64,000 nucleotides of DNA. It comes from Candidatus Latescibacterota bacterium. Lineage in GTDB: Bacteria; Latescibacterota; UBA2968; UBA8231. Location of the stretch: assembly GCA_965203175.1 (NCBI GenBank), contig OZ241867.1, positions 6,272,001-6,336,000 on the forward strand, written 5' to 3'. Below, in pieces: positions 1 through 8,710 of this stretch. Each line of letters starts with the position of its first letter. Position 1 is the first letter of the stretch. Below the pieces are notes generated by a model. The model worked only from the letters and a program-made list of their open reading frames with translations. It searched no databases and was not told the origin of the DNA. Both the position numbers and the translations under genes were made by a program.

Positions 1-1313
1 AAAAAAGCGGCCATTGCTTCGGCGTCGGGCAGATAGTGTGCCGGCTTGCCAGTAGCGCGGAGACGCTCTACTAAACGCTCGGGTGAGAAAGGCTCGTCTC
101 CCCGGGCGCGTTCGGGACGGGGGACCGCGGTTGCAACGAAAGCGTCTGCCAAGGCGAATGCCTCGACATAGCGATCCTCAAAGATAGCGCGAGCGTTGGT
201 TGCGCTGGCCGGTTCAAAAACCGCGATGAGCCTGCGTTCGGAATGGGATCGGCGCAGTCCCTCTAGAGTATGGGCAACCGCAGTGGGATGGTGGGCGAAA
301 TCGTCGATGAGGAGAACGTCATCGATGAGACCAATCTGCTCCTGCCGGCGCTTGACGCCGGCAAAGCTAGCCAAGGCCGCGCGCAGATCGCCGGCAGTCA
401 GGCCAGCGTGAAAACCAGCAGCTAGGCTGGCGAGCGCATTGCAGACGTTGTAATCGCCGCTCAGCGGCAAGTCGAAGGCCCCCATCTCTCGTCCCGCTCG
501 GCACAAGGTAAAGCGCGTGCCCTCAGCACTGGCCTGGAGATTGGTAGCGCGCCAAAACGCGCCCTCTTCGAGGCCAAAGGTCTCCACCGGTGTCGGCGCG
601 CCGGGGAGGAGTTCGGCGATATTGGGATCGGTGCCGTTGGCTAGAATCAGGCCGTTTTGCGGCACCATGTTGATGAGTTGGCGGAAGGCTTTGACGATTT
701 CGGCAAGGTCTTGGTAGATGTCGGCGTGGTCGAATTCAATGTTGTTGACGATTAGCACATCGGGTAGGTAGTAGAAAAACTTCGCCCACTTGGCAAAGAA
801 GGCGCTGTCGTATTCATCGCCTTCGACGATGAAGTGCACGCCTTGGCCAAGCCGGTAGGAGCGGTCGAAGTTTTGCGGCACCCCGGCGACGAGGAAGGAA
901 GGATCCAGGTCACAAGCGGTGAAGAGGTGGGCAATGAGCGCAGTAGTGGTGGTCTTGCCGTGGGTTCCGGTTACCACCACTGAGCGCTTGCCGCGGATGA
1001 AGAAATCGCGCAGCACTTCCGGTAGCGACAGGTACGGGATCCGGCGCGAGAGTACGGCCTCGGCCTCTGGGTTGCCGCGCGAGATTGCGTTGCCAATGAC
1101 GGCCAAATCCGGCGTTGGCACTAGGTGATCCGCCGAGAAGCCGACCCGCACATCGATCCCCAACTCTTCGAGCATGGTACTCATCGGAGGATAGACGTGG
1201 CTGTCCGACCCGGTGACGCGATACCCCTGCTCGCGCAACATGCCGGCCAAAGACCCCATAGCCGTACCGCAAGCAGCGATCAAGTGAATGTGGGAACCCA
1301 ATGGAAGCTGCAT
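1..1313 (-). CDS. mpl: UDP-N-acetylmuramate:L-Ala-gamma-D-Glu-mDAP ligase (murein peptide ligase), 3' end runs off window
   Basis: Manual translation of the - strand from ATG at 1313: MQLPLGSHIHLIAACGTAMGSLAGML...GSDSHVYPPMS...GTHGKTTT...EGDEYDSAFF...EFDHADI...DDFAHHPT. These are Mpl/MurC-family motifs. Absent from the ORF track because it is truncated. Confidence 0.9.
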   Translation of the reverse strand, partial: MQLPLGSHIHLIAACGTAMGSLAGMLREQGYRVTGSDSHVYPPMSTMLEELGIDVRVGFSADHLVPTPDLAVIGNAISRGNPEAEAVLSRRIPYLSLPEVLRDFFIRGKRSVVVTGTHGKTTTTALIAHLFTACDLDPSFLVAGVPQNFDRSYRLGQGVHFIVEGDEYDSAFFAKWAKFFYYLPDVLIVNNIEFDHADIYQDLAEIVKAFRQLINMVPQNGLILANGTDPNIAELLPGAPTPVETFGLEEGAFWRATNLQASAEGTRFTLCRAGREMGAFDLPLSGDYNVCNALASLAAGFHAGLTAGDLRAALASFAGVKRRQEQIGLIDDVLLIDDFAHHPTAVAHTLEGLRRSHSERRLIAVFEPASATNARAIFEDRYVEAFALADAFVATAVPRPERARGDEPFSPERLVERLRATGKPAHYLPDAEAMAAF

Positions 1314-1318
1314 GACCG

Positions 1319-1348
1319 TATATACCGTTGGAGGAACGCAAGTGTCAA
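1319..1348 (-). promoter_or_regulatory. Putative sigma70 promoter for mpl
   Basis: TTGACA on - strand (1348-1343), then TATATA 18 nt downstream (1324-1319), ending 5 nt before the ATG. Confidence 0.45.
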
Positions 1349-1423
1349 GGGAATCGGCCGGTTTGTGTTCAGCAATCGGCGATTGTTTTATTGTGGAGGC
1401 ACTTGCTTGCAAGAGAGGAGACT

Positions 1424-2392
1424 ATGGTCCAAGAGAAAGAAGCGGCAGGGGATGTTTTTCTGTCCCTCGTCATTCCCGTTTTCAACGAAGAGGAAAGCCT
1501 GCCTCATCTGTGGGACCAGATCGACAGCGCTCTGGCGACTGTGGAATGGGTTTGGGAAGCCATTTTCGTGGACGACGGGAGTACGGATACCTCGTTTGCG
1601 GTCTTGGGGAAATTGGCCAAACAGCATCCACAGGTGTGCGCCTTGCGTTTCCGCCGCAACTACCGCAAGGCCGCGGCCCTCGCCGCTGGCTTCAAGCAGG
1701 CGCGCGGCCAAGTCATCGTCACCATGGATGCTGACCTGCAAGACGACCCCCGAGAAATCCCCCGGCTGCTGGACGAATTAAACCGCGATTGTGACTTGGT
1801 CTCGGGCTGGAAGGCCAAACGCCGCGACCCTTTGAGCAAGACCCTCCCCTCCCGCTTGTTCAACTGGATCACCTCGCTGGTCTCCGGGGTTCGCCTGCGC
1901 GATTTCAACTGCGGCCTCAAGGCGTATCGGCGCGAGGTGGCCGAAGATGTGCTGCCTTATCTCTACGGAGAATTGTATCGGTTTTTGCCCGCCGTTGCCC
2001 ACTGGATGGGCTATCGAGTCGGCGAAATCCCAGTACAGCACCATCCCCGTCGCTTCGGCCATTCCAAATTCGGGGCCAAGCGGTTGCTAAACGGGTTCTT
2101 GGATCTGCTGACCGTGACCTTCGTCGTGCGCTTTATGACCATGCCTATGCACGTCTTCGGTAGCTTGGGGCTGGGCTCCACGCTGTGCGGATCGGTCATT
2201 TGTGCCTATGTGGCCTTGCTGCGCTACGAGCACGGCAACATCCAAAACCGCCATCCCCTCCTCATGCTGGGCATCCTGCTGATCATCGTCGGCATTCAGT
2301 GCTTCTCCATTGGCTTTTTGGGAGACATGATCGCCAGTATGCACCAGCGCGGCGGGCGCACCCCGCGCATTGCCGAGCGCTTAAACGGGTGA
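1424..2392 (+). CDS. GT2 polyprenol-phosphate glycosyltransferase (ArnC/GtrB-like)
   Basis: LSLVIPVFNEEE, VDDGSTD, MDADLQDDP, DFNCGLKAYR and two C-terminal TM helices; GAGGAG RBS before ATG 1424. Confidence 0.9.
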   Translation: MVQEKEAAGDVFLSLVIPVFNEEESLPHLWDQIDSALATVEWVWEAIFVDDGSTDTSFAVLGKLAKQHPQVCALRFRRNYRKAAALAAGFKQARGQVIVTMDADLQDDPREIPRLLDELNRDCDLVSGWKAKRRDPLSKTLPSRLFNWITSLVSGVRLRDFNCGLKAYRREVAEDVLPYLYGELYRFLPAVAHWMGYRVGEIPVQHHPRRFGHSKFGAKRLLNGFLDLLTVTFVVRFMTMPMHVFGSLGLGSTLCGSVICAYVALLRYEHGNIQNRHPLLMLGILLIIVGIQCFSIGFLGDMIASMHQRGGRTPRIAERLNG

Positions 2393-3445
2393 TAGCTCTT
2401 TTAGGGCCGCCAACAGCGCGTCTATCTCTGCATCCGTACCCACCGAGATTCGCAGACAGTCCGCTAAGCGCGGCGGTGTGGCAAAGTAGCGCACCAAGAT
2501 CCGGCGCTCTTTGAGTTCCGCGTAGAGTTCGGCAGCGGCGCAGCTAACCCAGCGTTCGCCGAGCCTAGCGAGCACGAAGTTTGCCTGCGAATCCCACACG
2601 TAAAAACCCAACGTCCGCAGCTCAGCACACAGGCGTGCACGCGTCGCGCAGACGCGGGCGGCGTTTGCGCGCATTGCGTCGATATCTTCTAGGGCCGCCT
2701 CAGCGGCCACTAAGCTCAGCCGATTGAGATTGTAGTGGTCCTTGACCTTCCACATCCCCTCAATTAGCGCAGCCGGAGCAAAAGCAAAGCCAATGCGCAT
2801 ACCAGCGAGAGAAAAGGACTTGGACATGGTGCGCACTACAATGGCATTGGAATGTTCTTCGATCAGCGGAACGCAGCCGCCCTGGGAAAAATCGACATAC
2901 GCTTCATCCACGACCAAAACACCGTCAACCCGCGCACAGAGCGCGGTGACCTCATCGTAGGGCACGAGGGTGCCCGAGGGCGCATTGGGATTGGCGAGAA
3001 AGGTGACGCGGGCCCCGGGCACGGCTAGGCTCTCGGGCAGGGAGAAATTCTCGCCGAACTCGACCGGGACTGCCTCCGCTCCCTGGATGTCGATCAGCGG
3101 CTTGTAGTAGCCGTACGTGGGATGGGGATAGGCAATTTTGTCGCCCTCGCCGGCGAAGCTGCGGATGATGACGTTGAGCAGCTCGTCCGAGCCGTTGCCG
3201 GCCATGATTTGTTGGGGAGCAATGGCGAATATCTCGCCCAACTTGCGGCGCAGAGCCCAAGCGTCTGGGTCTGGATAGAGGCGCAAATCAGCGGAGCATG
3301 CATCGCGCAACCGCGCTAGCACTAAGGAGGAAGGCGGATAGGGGTTTTCGTTGGTATTGAGCTTGATGTAACCCTTCTCGCGGGGCTGTTCCCCTGGGAC
3401 GTACCCGCGCAGACGAGCGATGTTGGGGCGAAACAGATCCGACAC
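2381..3445 (-). CDS. hisC: Histidinol-phosphate aminotransferase
   Basis: YVPGEQP, IKLNTNENPYPPS, GNGSDE, NPNAPSG, DEAYVDF, RTMSKSFSLAGMRIG. Confidence 0.93.
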   Translation of the reverse strand: MSDLFRPNIARLRGYVPGEQPREKGYIKLNTNENPYPPSSLVLARLRDACSADLRLYPDPDAWALRRKLGEIFAIAPQQIMAGNGSDELLNVIIRSFAGEGDKIAYPHPTYGYYKPLIDIQGAEAVPVEFGENFSLPESLAVPGARVTFLANPNAPSGTLVPYDEVTALCARVDGVLVVDEAYVDFSQGGCVPLIEEHSNAIVVRTMSKSFSLAGMRIGFAFAPAALIEGMWKVKDHYNLNRLSLVAAEAALEDIDAMRANAARVCATRARLCAELRTLGFYVWDSQANFVLARLGERWVSCAAAELYAELKERRILVRYFATPPRLADCLRISVGTDAEIDALLAALKELSPV

Positions 3446-3447
3446 GA

Positions 3448-5637
3448 CTAACTGCTTGCCGGCTCATCCACGCGCTGTACTTCCAAAACGCCCTCAATCT
3501 GCTCGATTTGGTCTATGGCCTGGCGCAACTGCTCATTGTCGGCAACGTCGATCCAGAAGTCCTGTTCGGCGATGTGACCATCGGCACGGGTAGTAGAGTC
3601 GCGGATGTTAGAGCCAGCGTCGCTGATCGCCCGCGCGATGTCCGCGAGCAAGTACGTGCGGTCCCAACTGCGGGTGCGCAATTGAACGGTAAAGGCCGGT
3701 TCGTCCTCCAACTCCCACTCGACCGCGAGCAGACGGTCCGGCTCGGCGGAAATCCGGCCGATGTTGGGGCAGTCGGTGCGGTGGACCGTGACGCCGCGGC
3801 CTCGGGTGACTAGACCGACAATCTCATCTCCCGGGATGGGACCACAGCACTTGCCAAAGCGAATCATCAGGTTTTGCATGCCTTGGATGCGGATGTCTCT
3901 GCGGTCTTGGGGCCGGAGCGCGCGCCGCTTGGGCTTGGGTGGGGCTATTCGGCTGATGACCTTGCCGATTGACAGGTCTCCGTTGCCCAAGGCTGCGTAG
4001 AGATGCTCGGCGTCGCTGAACCCGAATTCCTCCGCCACAGCGTCGAGGTTGGGTGAGTCATCGGCCCGATAGGTCCTCAGCCCCCTGTCGAGCGCCTCCT
4101 TGCCGAGGCGCACGTTGTGGTCGTATTGCTCCTCTCGCAGCCAGCGGCGAATGGCTTGGCGGGCCTTGGCAGTCTTGACTTGGTCCAGCCAAGCGAGTTT
4201 GGGCTTTTGCTGTGGCGCCGTGACGATCTCCACGGTTTGGCCACTGCTCAAAGCCGCGCTTAGCGGCACGACGTGGTCGTTTACTTTGGCCGTCGCGCAG
4301 TGCAGCCCGATGTCGGTGTGGATGGCAAAGGCAAAATCAATCGGCGTGGCCCCCTTGGGCAATTGGTGTAGGTGGCCTTTGGGGGTGAAGACAAAGATCT
4401 CGTCCTGGGAAGCGAGCTCGGTCTTCAGGTTTTCCATGAACTCGACCGGGTCGGTCGCCTCCTGTTGCCAGTCGATGACTTGGTGCAGCCAACTCATGTG
4501 TTGGTTTAAATCGCCGGGAGCCATGTCGTTGGATTTGTAGCGCCAGTGAGCGGCGATGCCGATTTCAGCCGTGTGGTGCATCTGTGCGGTGCGGATTTGC
4601 ACTTCGACGTATTGGCCTTTGGGACCAATCACCGACGTGTGCAGCGACTGGTACATGTTGCTCTTAGGAGTCGATATATAGTCTTTGATACGTCCGGGGA
4701 TGGGGGTGTAAATGTGGTGGACCCAGCCGAGGATTTGATAGCATTCGCGCACGGTGCCAGTGATGATGCGCATAGCTAGCAGATCGTAAATTTCCTCAAA
4801 GGGCTTACTGCGCGCCTTCATCTTATTGTAGATGCTGTAGAAATTCTTAGCGCGGCTTGTAAATTCGGCCTTAATGCCATTGGCGTGCAGGCACTCCTCG
4901 ATCGGGACCTTGAATTCCTTTATATAGTCTTCGCGCTCTTGGCGCGTCATAGCCACGCTTTCGCGCAACTCTTGGTAAATTTTGGGTTCGAGGAACTTGA
5001 GGCTTTGGTCCTCCAACTGCCAGCGGATCCGCGCCAGCCCAAAGCGGTGGGCTAGCGGTGCGTACACTTCGAGCGTTTCGCTCGCGGTCCGCTCGCGGGA
5101 TTCGGGGCTTAGGTATTGGAGCGTGCGCATGTTGTGCAGGCGGTCGGCCAGCTTGATGAGCATGACGCGGATGTCCTTGACCATGGAGATCAGCATCTTG
5201 CGGTAGGTCTCGGCTTGGCGCGCCTCGCGGCTTTCGTAGGTTATCTGATCGATTTTGGTAACCCCGGCGATCAGTTCGGCGATCTTGTCGCCAAATTGCT
5301 CGGCGACCTCCGCATCCGTGGCCGGTGTATCCTCGATGACGTCGTGCAAAAGCCCAGCTGCAACCGTCGTGTGATCCAAGCCCAACTGGGCGAGAAGCCG
5401 AGCCACTTCGACGCAGTGGGCTATGAACGGTTCGCCGGACTTGCGGATCTGGCCCTTGTGATGCTCCTTGGCGAAGTAGTAGGCGCGGTTGAGCAACTCG
5501 AAATCGGCTTGGTCATTGCAGGAGGAGACCTCGATCAGCAGCATTGACAGCCGCAGTTCGTCGCCCCCCTGCTCGACGAGTTCGTCCAAGTAGGTGTTAG
5601 GAAGGGCCGAAAGATGTGTGAGAGAGGTTTCGGTCAT
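3448..5637 (-). CDS. rel: Bifunctional (p)ppGpp synthetase/hydrolase (long RSH)
   Basis: Intact HD hydrolase motif (LLHDVIED); synthetase motifs YQSLH and EVQIRT; TGS (FVFTPKG..GATPIDFAF); CC zinc domain; C-terminal ACT. Confidence 0.95.
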   Translation of the reverse strand: MTETSLTHLSALPNTYLDELVEQGGDELRLSMLLIEVSSCNDQADFELLNRAYYFAKEHHKGQIRKSGEPFIAHCVEVARLLAQLGLDHTTVAAGLLHDVIEDTPATDAEVAEQFGDKIAELIAGVTKIDQITYESREARQAETYRKMLISMVKDIRVMLIKLADRLHNMRTLQYLSPESRERTASETLEVYAPLAHRFGLARIRWQLEDQSLKFLEPKIYQELRESVAMTRQEREDYIKEFKVPIEECLHANGIKAEFTSRAKNFYSIYNKMKARSKPFEEIYDLLAMRIITGTVRECYQILGWVHHIYTPIPGRIKDYISTPKSNMYQSLHTSVIGPKGQYVEVQIRTAQMHHTAEIGIAAHWRYKSNDMAPGDLNQHMSWLHQVIDWQQEATDPVEFMENLKTELASQDEIFVFTPKGHLHQLPKGATPIDFAFAIHTDIGLHCATAKVNDHVVPLSAALSSGQTVEIVTAPQQKPKLAWLDQVKTAKARQAIRRWLREEQYDHNVRLGKEALDRGLRTYRADDSPNLDAVAEEFGFSDAEHLYAALGNGDLSIGKVISRIAPPKPKRRALRPQDRRDIRIQGMQNLMIRFGKCCGPIPGDEIVGLVTRGRGVTVHRTDCPNIGRISAEPDRLLAVEWELEDEPAFTVQLRTRSWDRTYLLADIARAISDAGSNIRDSTTRADGHIAEQDFWIDVADNEQLRQAIDQIEQIEGVLEVQRVDEPASS

Positions 5638-5775
5638 GGGATCGTTCGCTATCTACTCGCTCGTCAATATAAACAAGCATATAAAAAAAAAACAAGTACA
5701 TACAAGCAGAAGTTCCGCGCTCGTTTTCACGCGCGGTAAAAGTTAAATTAAAATGGGCACAGAAAAGGACGCAGA

Positions 5776-6165
5776 ATGTGGCGGCTAAATACCGAAAACG
5801 CACCAGCGCTGACGCGAGCGGATAAAATTCTCGCACTCGTGGTGGGCTTGAGTGCGATCGGGCTGGTACTCTACGGCCGCTATACGGCCGAAGCCGGCGA
5901 CGTGCTCATTGTCGAGTTGGCGGGAGCCGCGCCCGCCACACATGCCCTCTCCAACTACGGGGTCTTGCCGGTTGCGGGATCTTTGGGAGTGAGCGAGATC
6001 GAGATCGGCCCCAAGGGTGCGCGCGTGCTTTCCGCGCCCTGCGTCCACAAAATCTGCATGCGGCAGGGTTGGATGCAGCGGGCGGGTGACGTGACCGCGT
6101 GCGTGCCCAACGGCTTAGTGCTGAGGATCGCTGGAGCCGCACCCATAGATGCGATGATTCGCTGA
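5776..6165 (+). CDS. NusG domain II-containing membrane-anchored protein (Lin0431/DUF1312-like)
   Basis: N-terminal TM, then beta-rich domain with APCVHKICMRQGW...ACVPN and terminal DAM. Confidence 0.8.
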   Translation: MWRLNTENAPALTRADKILALVVGLSAIGLVLYGRYTAEAGDVLIVELAGAAPATHALSNYGVLPVAGSLGVSEIEIGPKGARVLSAPCVHKICMRQGWMQRAGDVTACVPNGLVLRIAGAAPIDAMIR

Positions 6166-6686
6166 TGTTTGCACACCCTAGAGATGTGGCCCGTTTGGGG
6201 CTTATGGCCAGTGCGGCAATCGTGCTCTTCGCCTTTGAATCGCTGGTGCCCAAACCCTTGCCTTGGATGAAGCTGGGTCTCGGCAATCTGCCAGTTTTGG
6301 TCGCGCTGGTGAGCTTTGGCGGCGGTCCGGCGCTGGCCGTCAGTGCCATCAAGCTCGTAGTTGGCGGCTTGCTCAGCGGCGGATTTGCCGGTCCGGCCTT
6401 TGTTATTGGCGGTGGAGCTGGCTTGGCAAGTTGGCTGGTCATGGTTGCGATCCGCCGCATAGGGGCACGGCTTTTCAGCGTCGTGGGCCTGAGCATTTGG
6501 GGCGCGTTGACGCACCAGCTCAGCCAGCTCGCTCTCGCCGCTGGCTATATCGGCCACAGCGGTCTGTTCGCGCTCTTGCCGCTGGCCTTGTTCAGCGCTT
6601 TGGTGAGCGGGGGGGCTATCGGCCTGGTGGCCTGGTGGACCTTGGAACAACTAGAGAAAATAGGCTGGTTGGACCAAGGACAGTGA
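6165..6686 (+). CDS. Gx transporter family / heptaprenyl diphosphate synthase component I-like membrane protein
   Basis: ESLVPKPLPWMKLGLGNL and SVVGLSIWGALTHQLSQL motifs; TGATG overlap with the NusG-II gene, its usual partner. Confidence 0.8.
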   Translation: MFAHPRDVARLGLMASAAIVLFAFESLVPKPLPWMKLGLGNLPVLVALVSFGGGPALAVSAIKLVVGGLLSGGFAGPAFVIGGGAGLASWLVMVAIRRIGARLFSVVGLSIWGALTHQLSQLALAAGYIGHSGLFALLPLALFSALVSGGAIGLVAWWTLEQLEKIGWLDQGQ

Positions 6687-6725
6687 TAGATATAAATGTA
6701 TAGACCTTCTCTATAGATCGTCTCA

Positions 6726-8693
6726 ATGGATTTGCCTAAAGAGTCTAGCTTTCAGATTCCAGTACGAGCCGAGCCGGTCTTCAGCGCCAAAGCGCTGTTG
6801 GCAGGCACCCTAGGGTCGCTGTGCATCGCCGTGGGAGCACCTTACGGCAACATGGTCATCCGCGGCTCCTACATGTCCATTGATTTCAGCGCCGCGGGTG
6901 CCCTGTTCCTCTTCTTCTTGCTAACGGGCTTGTTCAACGCCTTGCTGACGCGCTTCGCCGCTCCTGTGGCCCTCGGGCGTTGCGAGCTTATCGTCGCGTA
7001 CATTATGATGCTCACGGCCTCGGCCATTCCCACGATGGGCCTCAGCGAGTACTGGCTGACGATCATCACTGGTGCCCAGTACTACGCCACCCCGGAAAAC
7101 GAGTGGGCCCTACTCATCCTGCCGCACCTTCCCGAGTGGATCACACCGCAGGATCCCGAGGCGATCAAGTGGTTTTACGAAGGAGCACCGCGCACCACTG
7201 GGGTGCCTTGGGCCGCCTGGAGCGGCTCGCTGTGCTATTGGACTATTCTGATCGTAGCCCTGTACTTGGTCATGATCTCGTCTATGGTCATTATGCGCCG
7301 CCAGTGGGTGGAGCGAGAGCGGCTAGTTTATCCGCTGGTGCAGGTACCCCTGGCCATGGTGCAGAGCGGGGGCCGCGGAGAAGCCCTAGGCCCTTTCTTC
7401 AAAAATCCAATCATGTGGGTCGGCTTTGCCCTGCCCGTACTCGTCAGTAGCCTCAACGCCCTACACGCGTACTTCAACTTCATCCCCGCCATCCAACTCG
7501 TCTCTTCGATTCCGATCCTGCGCAACACCGTCAGCCTAATTTTTCGCCTGAGCTTTCCCATGATCGGATTCGCCTATCTAATCAACCTCGACATCGCCTT
7601 CAGCCTGTGGTTTTTCAACACCATTGCCAAGTTGATCCGAGGAGGGCTGGGAGTTTTAGGGGTTGGTAGCACTGAAAAGCTCGTTTACGGCGCTGCTAGC
7701 GAGCCAATTCTCGCCCATCAGGGACAGGGCGCGATGATCGTCCTAGTGGCCTTCGGCCTGTGGGTCGGCCGCGAGCACCTGCGCGACGTGCTGCGCAAGG
7801 CATTCCGAGGCGACAACCGCATCGACGACAGCGGCGAGATGCTCTCCTATCGGGCAGCGGTCTTAACTTGGCTCTCCGGCGTCGCAGTAATGACCATCTG
7901 GCTGTGGCAGTCTGGCTTGCCGCTGTGGGCGGCCTTTTTGACCCTGATGCTGGCCATCCTTATCTTCGTCGGCCTAACTCGAGTGGTAGTAGAAGGAGGC
8001 GTGGCCGCGGCAGTCGGGCCGATGATTTCTCCAACGGTCTTGGTCTCGGCCGTAGGCTCTTCGGCGATCGGCCCGGCCGGCATCGTCGGCCTCGCATACA
8101 CATTCGTGTGGGCGGCGGATATCCGCACCTTTGTCATGGCCTCCTGCGCACATGGCCTCAAGTTGGGTGAAGGACTAGGGTCGCGGCTGCGCCCGCTTTT
8201 TTGGTACATACTGCTGGCGATTGTCGTTAGCATCATCGGTTCGGTCGCAACGATTTTGTACCTCGCCTACGAATACGGCGGCATCAACCTCAACCCGTGG
8301 TTTTTTGGAGGTGGAACTCGCGCCCCTTTTGATTATATTACCACCAAGTTAAGCGCACCCACCGAGCCGAATATCAATGGCTGGATTCACACTTTTGTCG
8401 GCGGGGGCATCATGGCCCTGCTCATGTGGGCGCGCCAGCGGCTCTTGTGGTGGCCTCTGCATCCTATCGGCTACCCGATTGGTGCCGTATGGCTGATGGA
8501 CCAGTTATGGTTTAGCATTGCCATCGCTTGGCTCTTAAAGTTGTTGGCGATGAAATACGGCGGCCCCAGCCTTTTTCGTCGGGCGCGTCCTTTCTTTTTA
8601 GGCCTAATCATAGGCCAGTTTTTTATCGCGGGGCTCTGGTTGATTATCGATTTTTTTACGGGCATGACCGACAATGTGGTCTTCTGGATCTGA
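6726..8693 (+). CDS. Polytopic membrane protein, DUF6785/DUF6784-like (OPT-related)
   Basis: ~16 hydrophobic helices; RRQWVERERLVYPLVQVP; C-terminal WWPLHPIGY...KYGG..FRRARPFFLGLIIG. Confidence 0.7.
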   Translation: MDLPKESSFQIPVRAEPVFSAKALLAGTLGSLCIAVGAPYGNMVIRGSYMSIDFSAAGALFLFFLLTGLFNALLTRFAAPVALGRCELIVAYIMMLTASAIPTMGLSEYWLTIITGAQYYATPENEWALLILPHLPEWITPQDPEAIKWFYEGAPRTTGVPWAAWSGSLCYWTILIVALYLVMISSMVIMRRQWVERERLVYPLVQVPLAMVQSGGRGEALGPFFKNPIMWVGFALPVLVSSLNALHAYFNFIPAIQLVSSIPILRNTVSLIFRLSFPMIGFAYLINLDIAFSLWFFNTIAKLIRGGLGVLGVGSTEKLVYGAASEPILAHQGQGAMIVLVAFGLWVGREHLRDVLRKAFRGDNRIDDSGEMLSYRAAVLTWLSGVAVMTIWLWQSGLPLWAAFLTLMLAILIFVGLTRVVVEGGVAAAVGPMISPTVLVSAVGSSAIGPAGIVGLAYTFVWAADIRTFVMASCAHGLKLGEGLGSRLRPLFWYILLAIVVSIIGSVATILYLAYEYGGINLNPWFFGGGTRAPFDYITTKLSAPTEPNINGWIHTFVGGGIMALLMWARQRLLWWPLHPIGYPIGAVWLMDQLWFSIAIAWLLKLLAMKYGGPSLFRRARPFFLGLIIGQFFIAGLWLIIDFFTGMTDNVVFWI

Positions 8694-8710
8694 GAAAGGC
8701 ACTTACAATT

